A DNA stretch of 64,000 bases, from the NCBI GenBank assembly GCA_963727625.1, contig CAVSHR010000003.1, positions 168,601 to 232,600 on the forward strand. Reading direction: 5' to 3'. The notes beneath the pieces were generated by a model. It saw only the letters and a list, made by a program, of their open reading frames with translations, searched no databases and had not been told where the DNA came from. The first letter of the stretch is position 1; every line of letters starts with the position of its first letter. The position numbers and the translations under genes were made by a program. Positions 9,760 to 21,890 of the stretch are shown here, piece after piece. The stretch comes from an uncultured delta proteobacterium. GTDB lineage: Bacteria; Desulfobacterota; Binatia; UBA9968.

Positions 9760-11109
9760 ATGTCGGGGTCGGACATCGGTAACGAAGTTCTCGCAATCGG
9801 TTTGTTAATCGTGGCCAATGCTTTCTTTGCGATGTCGGAGTTGGCCGTGATCAGCGCACGAAAGTCCAGGCTGCAAAAGTGGGTGAAGATGGGCAATCGG
9901 CGCGCCAAGGCCGCCCTGGATCTCGCGATCACGCCGAGCAAATTTTTGTCGACCATGCAGATCGGAATCACTTTGGCTGGCATTCTGACCGGCGCCATCG
10001 CCGGACGCAGTCTTGCCGACCGCATGGCGGCTTATCTCGAATCGCTGCCGCTGATCGCGCCCTATCACCGCGAAGTTGGTTTAGTTCTCGTGGTTCTCGT
10101 AACGACCTTCACCGTGTTGGTGCTCGGAGAATTGGTGCCGAAGCGTCTCGCGCTGCGACATCCCGAGATGATCGCAACATTTATTTCACTACCCCTGCGC
10201 TGGTTCACGAAACTTTGCGCACCCCTGCTGCGCTTGCTTAACTTCTCGACCGAGGCGGTCTGCCGGCTATTCGGCAGAACCGCCAACGATGAGCCACCGG
10301 TCACCGAAGAAGAGATCAAGAGGCTGGTGCGCCAGGGTGCCGCGGCCGGAGTCTTCGAAGAAGCGGAGCAGGATATGGTGGAAGCGGTGCTCCGGCTGGG
10401 CGATAAGACGGCGCGCGCGCTTATGACTCCAAGAACTCAAATCGCTTGGCTCGATCTCGAAACTGGCGTCGACAAGATCCGCGAGAAAATTATTTCCAGC
10501 GGCCATTCTTGTTTGCCCGTCGGTAAGGGCAGCCTGGATAAGGTTGCCGGCGTGGTCCACGCCAAGGATTTGCTCGGGCTCCATCTCGGCGGCGGTTCTT
10601 TGAATTTAAAGTCGGTGATTCAAGAACCTTTTTTCGTGCCCAGATCGGTGAGCATTTTAGAGGTGTTGGATGCGTTTAAGCAATCGGGACAGCATGTCGC
10701 GCTGGTGGTCGACGAGTACGGCGGCATCGAAGGTTTGCTGACCCCTCACGACGTTCTTGAAGCGATCGCCGGCGACATTCCTTTCGACGGCAAACCGGCG
10801 GACCCCAAGGCAATACAGCGCCAGGATGGCTCTTGGCTGCTCGACGGCATGTTGTCGATAGAGGAGTTCAAAGAGATTTTTCACGTCGAGAACCTCCCGG
10901 GAGAGAAACGCGACGCCTACCAGACCCTCGGCGGTTTCATCTTTACCCGGATGGAAAGGGTGCCGTCGGTCAGCGAAACTTTTGAATGGAATGGCTTGCG
11001 CTTTGAAATTGTCGACATGGATGGCAAGCGTATCGACAAGGTATGGGTCGGTAATATAGCCCATAGAGTCGAGGATCTCCCGGTTTCATCGTCGGTCGAA
11101 CTAGATTGA
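9760..11109 (+). CDS. HlyC/CorC (CNNM) family transporter: DUF21-CBS-CBS-CorC
   Basis: NAFFAMSELA, GELVPKRLA, MTPRTQI, VVDEYGG, YQTLGG. Confidence 0.93.
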   Translation: MSGSDIGNEVLAIGLLIVANAFFAMSELAVISARKSRLQKWVKMGNRRAKAALDLAITPSKFLSTMQIGITLAGILTGAIAGRSLADRMAAYLESLPLIAPYHREVGLVLVVLVTTFTVLVLGELVPKRLALRHPEMIATFISLPLRWFTKLCAPLLRLLNFSTEAVCRLFGRTANDEPPVTEEEIKRLVRQGAAAGVFEEAEQDMVEAVLRLGDKTARALMTPRTQIAWLDLETGVDKIREKIISSGHSCLPVGKGSLDKVAGVVHAKDLLGLHLGGGSLNLKSVIQEPFFVPRSVSILEVLDAFKQSGQHVALVVDEYGGIEGLLTPHDVLEAIAGDIPFDGKPADPKAIQRQDGSWLLDGMLSIEEFKEIFHVENLPGEKRDAYQTLGGFIFTRMERVPSVSETFEWNGLRFEIVDMDGKRIDKVWVGNIAHRVEDLPVSSSVELD

Positions 11110-11149
11110 TGGTACCCGGTCAGCGACGGGGTTGGCATCTCGCATCGTG

Positions 11150-11605
11150 AGACAGAAGTTTATGGAAACCGATCTTACAGCGCGCTGAGGAGCGTCAAAG
11201 ATCGATTTTCGCTGCCGCGAAAGCGCTTCACAGCCGCTATACGGGGGCGCGGGCGCACGACTGCCTGTCGAAGCGCTGAATTAAAAGCCGTCATTGCTGA
11301 TAAATCCGCTAAGCAGTTTGATTTAAGGCGACGTAAATTGATCAATGCTCGGCATGGAGGAATTTCTTGAATCGCAGTTTTTTATTGTCGGATAAGGGTT
11401 TAAACGCCACCGTTCGCGTTGCCGGCGAAACTGTGCCTGACATCGATCTCAAGATGCAAAATTCGAGCTTGCGGAGTGCGCCGGAATTGAACTTCTACTC
11501 GGCGGCATCGCCATGTCGCACCAGGATGACGAGGCGCTCGGTCACAGCGCAGCGCCGCAGTTTTTCGATAATATATACGAATATTATCCGCATAAACGCC
11601 GATGA
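11150..11605 (+). pseudogene. Degenerate chromate-resistance protein ChrB relic (left boundary approximate)
   Basis: Across frames: GETVPDIDLK / DAKF / AECAGIELLLGGIAMSHQDDEA / FDNIYEYY, matching the recalled ChrB C-terminal pattern (VHDIDLKD.KF..E..G). Confidence 0.6.
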
Positions 11606-11691
11606 ACGAAGCGCCCCGAGAGCCTGGACAAATCGGTTTTGGTGAGAATATATTCTATTATAAAAGAAAATCCGAAGAGGAAACCGCCCGA

Positions 11692-12681
11692 ATGCTTAAA
11701 GTCATTCCCGTTGAAGAAGCCGTGGGGTTGCCCCTGGCCCATGACATCACCGAGATCGTGCCTGGCAAACATAAAGGGCCCGCCTTTCGCCGCGGACATA
11801 TCGTGCGCCAGGAAGATATCTCCAAGCTTTTGGATGTCGGCAAGCGCCATCTCTACGTCATGGAGCTCGAAAAAGACGAGCTGCATGAGGAGGACGCGGC
11901 GCGCCGGCTCGCCAGGGCGGCCGCTGGGCCTAATCTAAAAATGACCGATCCGAGCGAGGGCCGGATTAATTTAGTCGCGGAAATTTCGGGACTGCTCAAA
12001 GTTGACGCCGAGCGGCTCTATAGATTCAACTCCTTAGGCGATCTGATGATGGCGACTCTGCCGGGCAACCGTTACGTCAGAAAAGGCACGGTGGTGGCCG
12101 GCACCCGGACGATTCCGGTCATCGTAAAAGAAGAATTGATCCAAAGAGCCGAGGCAGTATGCAAGGCTAAACCGATCGTCACCTTGCTGCCGATGCCGCC
12201 GAAGAAAGTGCATTTGGTCGTGACCGGCAGCGAAGTTTTTACCGGCCGGATAAAGGACGGTTTTGGCCCGGTGGTAACGCGGAAGATCGGCGAGCTCGGT
12301 TCGATGGTAGAGTCAGTCAAGTTGGCGCCCGACGACCCCGATGTGATCGCCGGCGAGATTGAGGCCGCCAAGCAGGCTGGCGCCGACATCATTCTGGTGA
12401 GCGGCGGCATGTCCGTTGACCCCGACGATAAAACGCCGGAAGGGATCCGGCGCAGCGGCGCGAAATTTGAAACGCACGGTTTTCCCGTCCTGCCCGGCTC
12501 GATGTTTGTCATGGCCTATCTCGGTGAAACTCCGGTCATGGGTCTTTCAGGCTGCGTGCTTCACGACCCGTTCACGGCGTTCGATGCTCTGCTGCCGCGC
12601 ATGCTCGCCGGGGAAAAAATCACGCGCGCCGACATCATGGCCATGGGCCACGGCGGTTTGCAGCGCAAGCACGACCATTGA
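11692..12681 (+). CDS. Molybdopterin-binding (MoeA-like/MoCF_biosynth) protein
   Basis: VEEAVGLPLAHDITEI, VTGSEVFTGRIKD, SGGMSVDPDD, GFPVLPG; GAGG RBS before ATG 11692. Confidence 0.88.
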   Translation: MLKVIPVEEAVGLPLAHDITEIVPGKHKGPAFRRGHIVRQEDISKLLDVGKRHLYVMELEKDELHEEDAARRLARAAAGPNLKMTDPSEGRINLVAEISGLLKVDAERLYRFNSLGDLMMATLPGNRYVRKGTVVAGTRTIPVIVKEELIQRAEAVCKAKPIVTLLPMPPKKVHLVVTGSEVFTGRIKDGFGPVVTRKIGELGSMVESVKLAPDDPDVIAGEIEAAKQAGADIILVSGGMSVDPDDKTPEGIRRSGAKFETHGFPVLPGSMFVMAYLGETPVMGLSGCVLHDPFTAFDALLPRMLAGEKITRADIMAMGHGGLQRKHDH

Positions 12682-12751
12682 AACAGCGAGTCGTGATCAG
12701 CGATTAGTCGATGAGCAAAAGTAACGTGGGAGCAACTGACCGGAGGAAACC

Positions 12752-13402
12752 GTGGATATTCTGCGAACCCTGAAAGAGCGGTGCGATCCCAAATACGCGG
12801 CGTTAGTTGTCGTCGACGTGCAGAATGACTTCGTCAGTCCAGACGGCAGCGCTGCCAAGCGCGGTGAGGACGTGAACGCGGCGATCGCCATCATGCCAAC
12901 GCTGCAGCGTCTGATCCACGAAGCGCGGCGCGTGGGTCTCACGATCGTCTACATCAGAACGACCCACAGCGAGTGGACCGATACACCGTCGTGGATCTAT
13001 CGCACATCGCAGAAAGGCGGACTTTCTACTTGCCGCGAGGGTGCCTGGGGCGCCGAGTTCTATCAGGGGATTTCTCCGTTGCCATCCGAACGGGTGGTGG
13101 TGAAACATCGCTACAGCGCCTTTATCAACACGGATCTCAATACGGTGCTCAAGGCGCGCAATATCCAGAGCGTGCTGGTCTGCGGCGTGGCGACCAATGT
13201 CTGCGTCGAAACGACCGCGCGCGACGCCTACATGTTCGATTATTACGTCACGATGATCGATGATTGCTCGGCGGCCTACGAAGCCAAGTTGCACTTTGGC
13301 ACGCTGGACAATATACGCCGCCACTTTGGCTTAGTCGCTTTGTCCAATGAAATTATCGACACCTGGCGCGATTTAACGACAAAACCGGCGGCCGGGATTT
13401 AA
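12752..13402 (+). CDS. Isochorismatase-family cysteine hydrolase (RutB-like)
   Basis: VVVDVQNDF, KHRYSAF, GVATNVCVETTARDA. Confidence 0.9.
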   Translation: MDILRTLKERCDPKYAALVVVDVQNDFVSPDGSAAKRGEDVNAAIAIMPTLQRLIHEARRVGLTIVYIRTTHSEWTDTPSWIYRTSQKGGLSTCREGAWGAEFYQGISPLPSERVVVKHRYSAFINTDLNTVLKARNIQSVLVCGVATNVCVETTARDAYMFDYYVTMIDDCSAAYEAKLHFGTLDNIRRHFGLVALSNEIIDTWRDLTTKPAAGI

Positions 13403-13429
13403 ATTAAAAAGATAGCCATCGTTCAATAG

Positions 13430-13468
13430 AAAACGGCCTGGCAGGAGCTTTTCTGCCAGGCCGTTTTT
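13430..13468. terminator. Bidirectional intrinsic terminator
   Basis: aaaacggcctggcag...ctgccaggccgtttt between convergent genes. Confidence 0.85.
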
Positions 13469-13486
13469 GTCGAGTATCAAGCGAGA

Positions 13487-14515
13487 TCACTTCATCAGGT
13501 CGGCATTAATGCGTTCGAGAGCTTCGAGGGGCGGTTGCAGATCGTCTTGTGTAAGCTCCGAGAGCGGAACGTCGCACAAGTTGAGCTCGTCGGCGAACTC
13601 CTTGCGGTTCGGATTATAATAGATCAAGCCAGTCAAGAATTTTCCCTCGGCGATGGCGCCATGGATGGCCTGGATCGCTTGCGCCTTGCTGGTCGGATCG
13701 TAATCCTTACCGAGTTTGTGCAGGATGATGTGCGAGCCGTCGTGCAATTGCACCTCGTGGTCCGTGCCCTCGTCGTAGTCGGCTTCGATGTTCTCGTACG
13801 GCGGAATAAAGTCGAGTTCATGGATCGGGTCGAGATGGCCTTTGACGTATTTTAAACTCTTGGTCGAGCCTTCATGATTATTGAACGTAACGCAGGGGCT
13901 GATGACATCTAAAATCGCGCTGCCCTTATGCGCTAGGGCGCCCTGAACCAGCGGCGTTAGCTGTTTGCGATCCCCGGAGAAACTCCGCGCCACGTAGGTA
14001 GCGCCCAACGTAATCGCCAGCTCCGCCAGATCGATGGCTGGAATATCGTTGACTTTACCCCCCTTCATGACCGAGCCGACATCCGCCGTGGCGGAAAACT
14101 GCCCCTTGGTCAAGCCGTACACGCCATTGTTCTCGATAATGTACGTGATATTCACGTTGCGCCGCATCATGTGGCAAAAATTACCCAAACCGATGGCAGA
14201 GGTGTCACCGTCGCCGGAGACACCGATTGGCAGCAACGTATGATTCGCCAAATTGGCCCCGGTCGCAACCGCGGACATCCTGCCGTGAACGGCATTAAAG
14301 CCGAATGATTGACTCAGAAAATATGCCGGAGTTTTAGAAGAACAACCGATGCCGCTCAATTTAACCACTTTGTGAGGGTCGATGCTGTTTTCGAAGTAGG
14401 CCCGTTGCACCGAGGCTGATATTGCGTCGTGGCCGCAGCCGCGGCACATCGTCGAGGGCGCGCCATTGTAATCTTTTTCTGTTAGGTTAATACGATTGAG
14501 TTTTGCTTCTGCCAT
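13487..14515 (-). CDS. korB: 2-oxoacid:ferredoxin oxidoreductase beta subunit
   Basis: CRGCGH, SGIGCSS, GDGD TPP motif, YGLTKGQ. Confidence 0.9.
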   Translation of the reverse strand: MAEAKLNRINLTEKDYNGAPSTMCRGCGHDAISASVQRAYFENSIDPHKVVKLSGIGCSSKTPAYFLSQSFGFNAVHGRMSAVATGANLANHTLLPIGVSGDGDTSAIGLGNFCHMMRRNVNITYIIENNGVYGLTKGQFSATADVGSVMKGGKVNDIPAIDLAELAITLGATYVARSFSGDRKQLTPLVQGALAHKGSAILDVISPCVTFNNHEGSTKSLKYVKGHLDPIHELDFIPPYENIEADYDEGTDHEVQLHDGSHIILHKLGKDYDPTSKAQAIQAIHGAIAEGKFLTGLIYYNPNRKEFADELNLCDVPLSELTQDDLQPPLEALERINADLMK

Positions 14516-14545
14516 TGCCCCTGTTCCTTTTGTTTTTGAACTTAA

Positions 14546-16366
14546 TTAAGCGGTTTTCGCCGTCTGCGCCGCCTCGAAAATCTGTTTGACGACTTCCCCG
14601 GGGGTGATGGGGAGGCCGTTGTAAACTAGAATACTGATGATCTTCGCACCCAGCGTGGGGTTTTCATCCTTGATGATCGCGGCCACCTGCGCGTCACGGT
14701 TTTGCTCAACCAGATAGATGGTGTCATGCTCGGCCAAAAATTCCATCACTTCGGCGGTGAGCGGTAGAGCACGAATCAGCATATGGTTGGTCTTCAACCC
14801 GTGCGTTTTCAAGCGATCGCGCGCCTCTCGCACCGATTCATAGCTCGAGCCGTAGCAGATAATCCCGGTCTTGACGCCCTTCTCTTTTTCAATGATCGGC
14901 TTGGGAACAAATTTCCGCGCGGTATCGAATTTTTTGCGCAGTCTGTCGAGGATGTACTTGTAATCGTGCTCGTCCTCCGAATAATTGGCGTCCGCATTGT
15001 GGCCAGAGCCGCGAGTGAAATATGACGCCGTTCGGTTTTGATTCCCCGCTACGGTACGGTACGGAATGCCGTCGCCGTCTTGGTCATAGTAGCGGCGAAA
15101 CTTCTTGCCGGCCTTCACCCATTCATCGAGCTGTGCGGCGCTCAAACGTTTGCCGAAATCGAACGGCTCCTGGTTCAGTTTCAGCGGCTCCGAAGGCCAA
15201 AAATTCATACCAAGGTCAAGATCCATGGCCATGAAAACCGGAGTCTGGAAGCGATCGGCAAAGTTGAAACTCTGACGCGCGAAGTCGAAACAGGAATTCA
15301 TGTCGTGGGGAATCAAGATGATATGGCGCGTATCGCCGTGCGACGCGCCGTACATGAGCGAAATGTCGGACTGCTGGGTGCGAGTCGGCAAGCCGGTTGA
15401 CGGCCCGCCGCGCTGGATAATGAAAAACACGCAGGGAATCTCGGCGAAATAAGCCAAGCCGATGGATTCATTCATGAGCGAAAGCCCCGGCCCGGAGGTC
15501 GAAGTCATGGCACGCGCGCCGGCCCAGCCCGCACCAACGATCATTCCCACCGAGGCGATTTCATCTTCGGCTTGAACGATGGCGTAAGGTTTTTTGCCAT
15601 CCTTGGGCTTGCGCAGTCGGGGTAGATAGTACTCCATCGTTTCGGCGAGCGAGCTCGAAGGCGTGATGGGATACCAGCAAACGACCGATGCGCCGCCATA
15701 AATTGCGCCGAGCGCTGCCGCGGTGTTGCCTTCCGTGATGATTTTGCCTTTGTTGCCGTCCGGGATGGTTTCGAGGCGGGCGATGCTTTGTTTGAAATTT
15801 TGTTCCTTGCAGTATTGATAACCGGCGTCGATACAAATCAAGTTGGACTCGATGACCGCCGGCTTCTTGCCGAAAGTATCTTCGAGCACCGCTTTGATCA
15901 CCGACATGTCGATGCCGAAGAGATAGGCCAGCGCGCCGACATAGACCATGTTGCGCTGTTTGGCGCGCAGCGGCGATGCCGGCACCAGCTTGGCAACCAG
16001 CTTGCTCGCCGGAAATCCGACGTACTGGACGCCGTCGCGCTTTAAAGCTGCCGTCAGAGGCGTGGAGTCGTCGTGTAGAATCAGGCCGCCGTCGCGCACG
16101 CGGTAGATATCCTTCGCGGCGGTGGCGTCGTTGAACATCACCATTACGTCAATGACATCTTTGCGACTTAAATAGCCGTCTGCCGAAGCGCGGATCTGAT
16201 ACCAAGTCGGCAAACCCTGGATATTGGAAGGAAACATATTCTTCGATGAGCAGGGGATGCCCATTTTGAAGATCGCCTTGAAAAGAATGTTGTTCGATGA
16301 GGCGCTTCCTGACCCATTCTCGGTGGCGACGCAGATGTTGAGATCATTGATTAACGGTGTGTCCAA
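14546..16366 (-). CDS. korA: 2-oxoacid:ferredoxin oxidoreductase alpha(gamma) subunit
   Basis: YPITPSS, QAEDEIA, TSTSGPG, QRGGPSTGLPT. Confidence 0.9.
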   Translation of the reverse strand: MDTPLINDLNICVATENGSGSASSNNILFKAIFKMGIPCSSKNMFPSNIQGLPTWYQIRASADGYLSRKDVIDVMVMFNDATAAKDIYRVRDGGLILHDDSTPLTAALKRDGVQYVGFPASKLVAKLVPASPLRAKQRNMVYVGALAYLFGIDMSVIKAVLEDTFGKKPAVIESNLICIDAGYQYCKEQNFKQSIARLETIPDGNKGKIITEGNTAAALGAIYGGASVVCWYPITPSSSLAETMEYYLPRLRKPKDGKKPYAIVQAEDEIASVGMIVGAGWAGARAMTSTSGPGLSLMNESIGLAYFAEIPCVFFIIQRGGPSTGLPTRTQQSDISLMYGASHGDTRHIILIPHDMNSCFDFARQSFNFADRFQTPVFMAMDLDLGMNFWPSEPLKLNQEPFDFGKRLSAAQLDEWVKAGKKFRRYYDQDGDGIPYRTVAGNQNRTASYFTRGSGHNADANYSEDEHDYKYILDRLRKKFDTARKFVPKPIIEKEKGVKTGIICYGSSYESVREARDRLKTHGLKTNHMLIRALPLTAEVMEFLAEHDTIYLVEQNRDAQVAAIIKDENPTLGAKIISILVYNGLPITPGEVVKQIFEAAQTAKTA

Positions 16367-16443
16367 AGTACGACCTCCTTAAAGCTGTTCCAAAACTCTT
16401 CAATTTTATCACATACCCCTGGAAAGACAACAACTTAGATATT

Positions 16444-17304
16444 TTACCCCGGAGTGTATTGATCTTCGTTATCGAAAAATTCGGCTACTTCCTTCCAGCT
16501 GCGACGAACTTGTTCGTCGACGTTAAATGCGCGCGCGTATTGAAGAATTTCCGGCATGGCGATCAAACCGGTCAATTCGCCGCCGGTGCCGCTGACCGGC
16601 ATGTTGCGGATATCCCGCCGGTACATCTCCGCAAGCACATCGCCGATCAAGGCTGAATGCGGCATGGTAATCAACGGCGCTGTCATGACCTTTTGAATAG
16701 GGGTTTCTTTTACCGGCAGCTCTTTCGTCGCCACGCGTTTGAGAGCATCGCGCTCGGTAAAAATCCCGCTTGGTTTTTCACTGGCCGTGACTATCACAGC
16801 GGTGGAACTTTTTTTGTTCATTAACTCAATGGTTCCATGCACCGAAGCGTTTTCATCCAACGTCACAATTGTCGCGGCGGCGATATCGCCTAAAGTTTTG
16901 GTCTCGCTTAGACCCTGGCCGAGCTCGACCGCAATGCTGAGAATACGCCGCATGGAAACGACGCCGATAATCTTGCCGCGCCGGCCGCGCACCAGCAGGT
17001 GGCGGAATTTGCCCCGATACATTTTTCCGAAGGCATCAATGATGTGAGTTTCCTCGCGCACGGCGCGGACGGGGGTGGTCATCACACTTCTAATCGCCGT
17101 TTTACGCGTATCGATGCCGGTGTTGAGGATGCGCTTCAAGACGTCTTTCTCGGTGAAGATGCCGATCGGAATGTCATCGTCGGTCACGATAATACGGCCG
17201 ACGTCCTCTGCCACCATGATTTCCATGACGTGAAAGATCGACGACGATGCCGGCGCCGTCGTGAGATGGGTCGTCATGACTTCGCTGACTTTATTGGAAA
17301 GCAT
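16444..17304 (-). CDS. Four-CBS-domain protein
   Basis: Two CBS pairs (GIFTEKD, GIFTERD); GGAGG RBS before MLSNKV. Confidence 0.88.
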   Translation of the reverse strand: MLSNKVSEVMTTHLTTAPASSSIFHVMEIMVAEDVGRIIVTDDDIPIGIFTEKDVLKRILNTGIDTRKTAIRSVMTTPVRAVREETHIIDAFGKMYRGKFRHLLVRGRRGKIIGVVSMRRILSIAVELGQGLSETKTLGDIAAATIVTLDENASVHGTIELMNKKSSTAVIVTASEKPSGIFTERDALKRVATKELPVKETPIQKVMTAPLITMPHSALIGDVLAEMYRRDIRNMPVSGTGGELTGLIAMPEILQYARAFNVDEQVRRSWKEVAEFFDNEDQYTPG

Positions 17305-17492
17305 CCGGTCACCTCCTTCGAAGTGGTTACAGAAACGGCAGCGATTGAACAACTTGACGGATTATAATTATAGCACCTGTCCGGCCGGAGAACACAAGCT
17401 TCCGGCGATTTCTTTAAAGCCGGCAAAACATTGCGGCCCGGTGTGCCGGCATGTTAGATTTGCACTTGTTCTCCTTGGGGGGATATTTGATC

Positions 17493-17807
17493 ATGAGCCG
17501 GCGGGAAAACGAATTCGACCACGGATTGGTCACCGAGACCAAAAAGAAGGTCAAACGCCCGCCGCTTTATAAAGTTTTGCTGCATAACGACGATTACACG
17601 ACTAAGGAATTTGTTGTGCAGATCCTGCAGTATGTGTTTCACAAGGAGCAAACCGAAGCCGTTCAAATTATGCTCCACGTACACAAAAAAGGCATCGGCG
17701 TGGCCGGTGTTTACAGTTATGAGATTGCCGAAACCAAGGTTTCTCTGGTTGATGAACTCGCGCGGCAGCATGAGTATCCGCTGAAATGCACGATGGAAGA
17801 GGCTTAG
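17493..17807 (+). CDS. clpS: Clp protease adaptor ClpS
   Basis: YKVLLHNDDYT, IMLHVHKKG, YPLKCTME. Confidence 0.96.
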   Translation: MSRRENEFDHGLVTETKKKVKRPPLYKVLLHNDDYTTKEFVVQILQYVFHKEQTEAVQIMLHVHKKGIGVAGVYSYEIAETKVSLVDELARQHEYPLKCTMEEA

Positions 17808-17808
17808 A

Positions 17809-20088
<2,280 letters not shown>

Positions 20089-20115
20089 ATTGTTCTTGCC
20101 GCGCCGCACAGCCGG

Positions 20116-21381
20116 ATGGAACAACGGGTCGTCACGTCATTTCTGATATTCTTTGCACTCGATTTCCTGGTTGAATTTGTACTCAACGAATTGAATCTCC
20201 GCTACGTGCGCGCCTGCTGGGCGCAAAAACGGATCCCCGAGCTTTTTCGCGACAAGCTGAACGCGGAAGGATATCAAAAGTCAGTAGAGTACACCCTGGC
20301 CAAAGGCCGCTTCGGCCGCTGGGTCGAAATTTATCATCGAACCATCAACCTGGTGATTTTATTCAGTGGAATTTTGGCCTTTCTCGATCAATTCGCAGAC
20401 GCGATTGCGCGAGAGTTTTCCCTGGGCCTTTACGGCCAGGGAATTATATTCTGTCTCGCCGTTGGCGGCCTCTTTTCGGTGGCGAGTTTGGCGAGCGATG
20501 TTTACTCGACCTTCGCTCTCGAGGCCAAGTTCGATTTCAATAAGACGAGTGTCGGTCTTTACGTTAGCGATAAGCTCAAAGGTTTGTTGCTCGGGGTCCT
20601 GATCGGCATCCCGTTTCTCCTCGTCGTGTTCTGGCTGATGGATGTGATGGGCCGTTTCTGGTGGATCTGGGCGTTTGTCTTTATTACAGCTTTTCAGCTC
20701 CTAATGGTTGTCATTTTTCCGACGTTCATCGCGCCCTGGTTCAATAAATTCGAGCCGCTCAAGGAAGGAGAGTTTCGCGAGCGTATCCTGGCGCTAGCGG
20801 ACAAGGTTGGTTTCAAGACAAGCGGCATCTATTCGATGGACGGCTCGAAACGGTCGTCCCATTCGAACGCTTATTTCACCGGTATCGGCAAATCTAAGCG
20901 CATCGTGCTGTTCGACACGCTGCTCGAGCAGATGAGCATGGCGCAGGGACTGGCCGTGCTCGCCCACGAGATGGGCCATTACAAAATGAAACATATCCGC
21001 AGAATGCTGATCGTCCAGACCGTTTTTTTATTAATCGGCCTTTTTATTCTCAATTTATTGTTGGACTACCGGCCGCTCTACGCCGGTTTCGGTCTGGAAC
21101 CGAGCCACCACGCCGCTCTGATGCTGTTCAGCCTGCTATCGGGTCCATTTACCTTTTACCTTGGGCCGCTGATGAACTTTCTATCGCGAAAGCATGAGTA
21201 TGAAGCGGACCGTTTTGCCGCGCTCACCTTGGGCGATGGCAAAGCGATGGAAGAGGCGTTGGTCAACTTGACGGTGAAAAATTTATCGAACTTGACACCC
21301 CACCCCTGGTATTCGGCCTACCACTATTCCCACCCCACACCCACAGAACGCATCAGCGCGCTTCGGCAGTCGGCAACTTAG
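20116..21381 (+). CDS. M48 (Ste24p-like) membrane zinc peptidase
   Basis: HEMGH zinc motif, NAYFTG, YSHP. Confidence 0.93.
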   Translation: MEQRVVTSFLIFFALDFLVEFVLNELNLRYVRACWAQKRIPELFRDKLNAEGYQKSVEYTLAKGRFGRWVEIYHRTINLVILFSGILAFLDQFADAIAREFSLGLYGQGIIFCLAVGGLFSVASLASDVYSTFALEAKFDFNKTSVGLYVSDKLKGLLLGVLIGIPFLLVVFWLMDVMGRFWWIWAFVFITAFQLLMVVIFPTFIAPWFNKFEPLKEGEFRERILALADKVGFKTSGIYSMDGSKRSSHSNAYFTGIGKSKRIVLFDTLLEQMSMAQGLAVLAHEMGHYKMKHIRRMLIVQTVFLLIGLFILNLLLDYRPLYAGFGLEPSHHAALMLFSLLSGPFTFYLGPLMNFLSRKHEYEADRFAALTLGDGKAMEEALVNLTVKNLSNLTPHPWYSAYHYSHPTPTERISALRQSAT

Positions 21382-21422
21382 CGCTTCGGTCCGCTTTTCG
21401 GTAAGATTCAGCAGATGGGAAA

Positions 21423-21446
21423 TGGTCGGGGCGAGTGGATTTGAAC
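21423..21446 (-). repeat. tRNA-Pro 3'-end remnant (att-like), left copy
   Basis: Reverse complement GTTCAAATCCACTCGCCCCGACCA: T-loop, acceptor strand and CCA; no 5' half of a tRNA adjacent. Confidence 0.8.
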
Positions 21447-21890
21447 TCCGATGAGCGTAACAAGGCCGAGGATGATCACTAAGTAGCGATGTTTTTAAGG
21501 TAAGTGCTTGCCACATCAACCGGGGTTGAAACCCAAAATTTACCTCAAAACACGGCTAACCCCCCCAAGACCCGAAACCGTCCAGAGCGGCAAAAATGTG
21601 AGGGTCATTGAGTCCCTATTTCAACGCTCAAGGCCTAATCGGGGATAGAGCTAAAAATATATAAGAGCGCTTGTAGCGAAGCCATTTTAATGGTTCAAAT
21701 ATTTCCAAAGCTCCACATCACCAGCTCACCCATCTAGAATTCTCAACCGGCAATCTCTTCGTTCCTTGCGCGATTCACAACTTGTGCGCGGGACCCTCAA
21801 GGGTCCCCAAACACTCCCATCGCAGAATTCACTGAGATCCTGTCAAATCCATGGAGCTGCTCCTTTGATCACTTCATCGTTCGTGGCAAG

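Noticed and set aside
11567-11588. Perfect 8-6-8 palindrome GATAATAT-atacga-ATATTATC upstream of the molybdopterin-binding gene (ModE-like box?)
   Set aside because: It coincides with the FDNIYEYY codons of the chrB relic and matches the ModE consensus only loosely
21400-21520. Complete tRNA gene
   Set aside because: Only the T-loop and 3' acceptor strand are present, with no D arm or anticodon arm; the same holds at 57900
21790-21807. Hairpin gggaccct-ca-agggtccc near the island edge
   Set aside because: Isolated; at most a weak terminator for the operon, and no second copy seen
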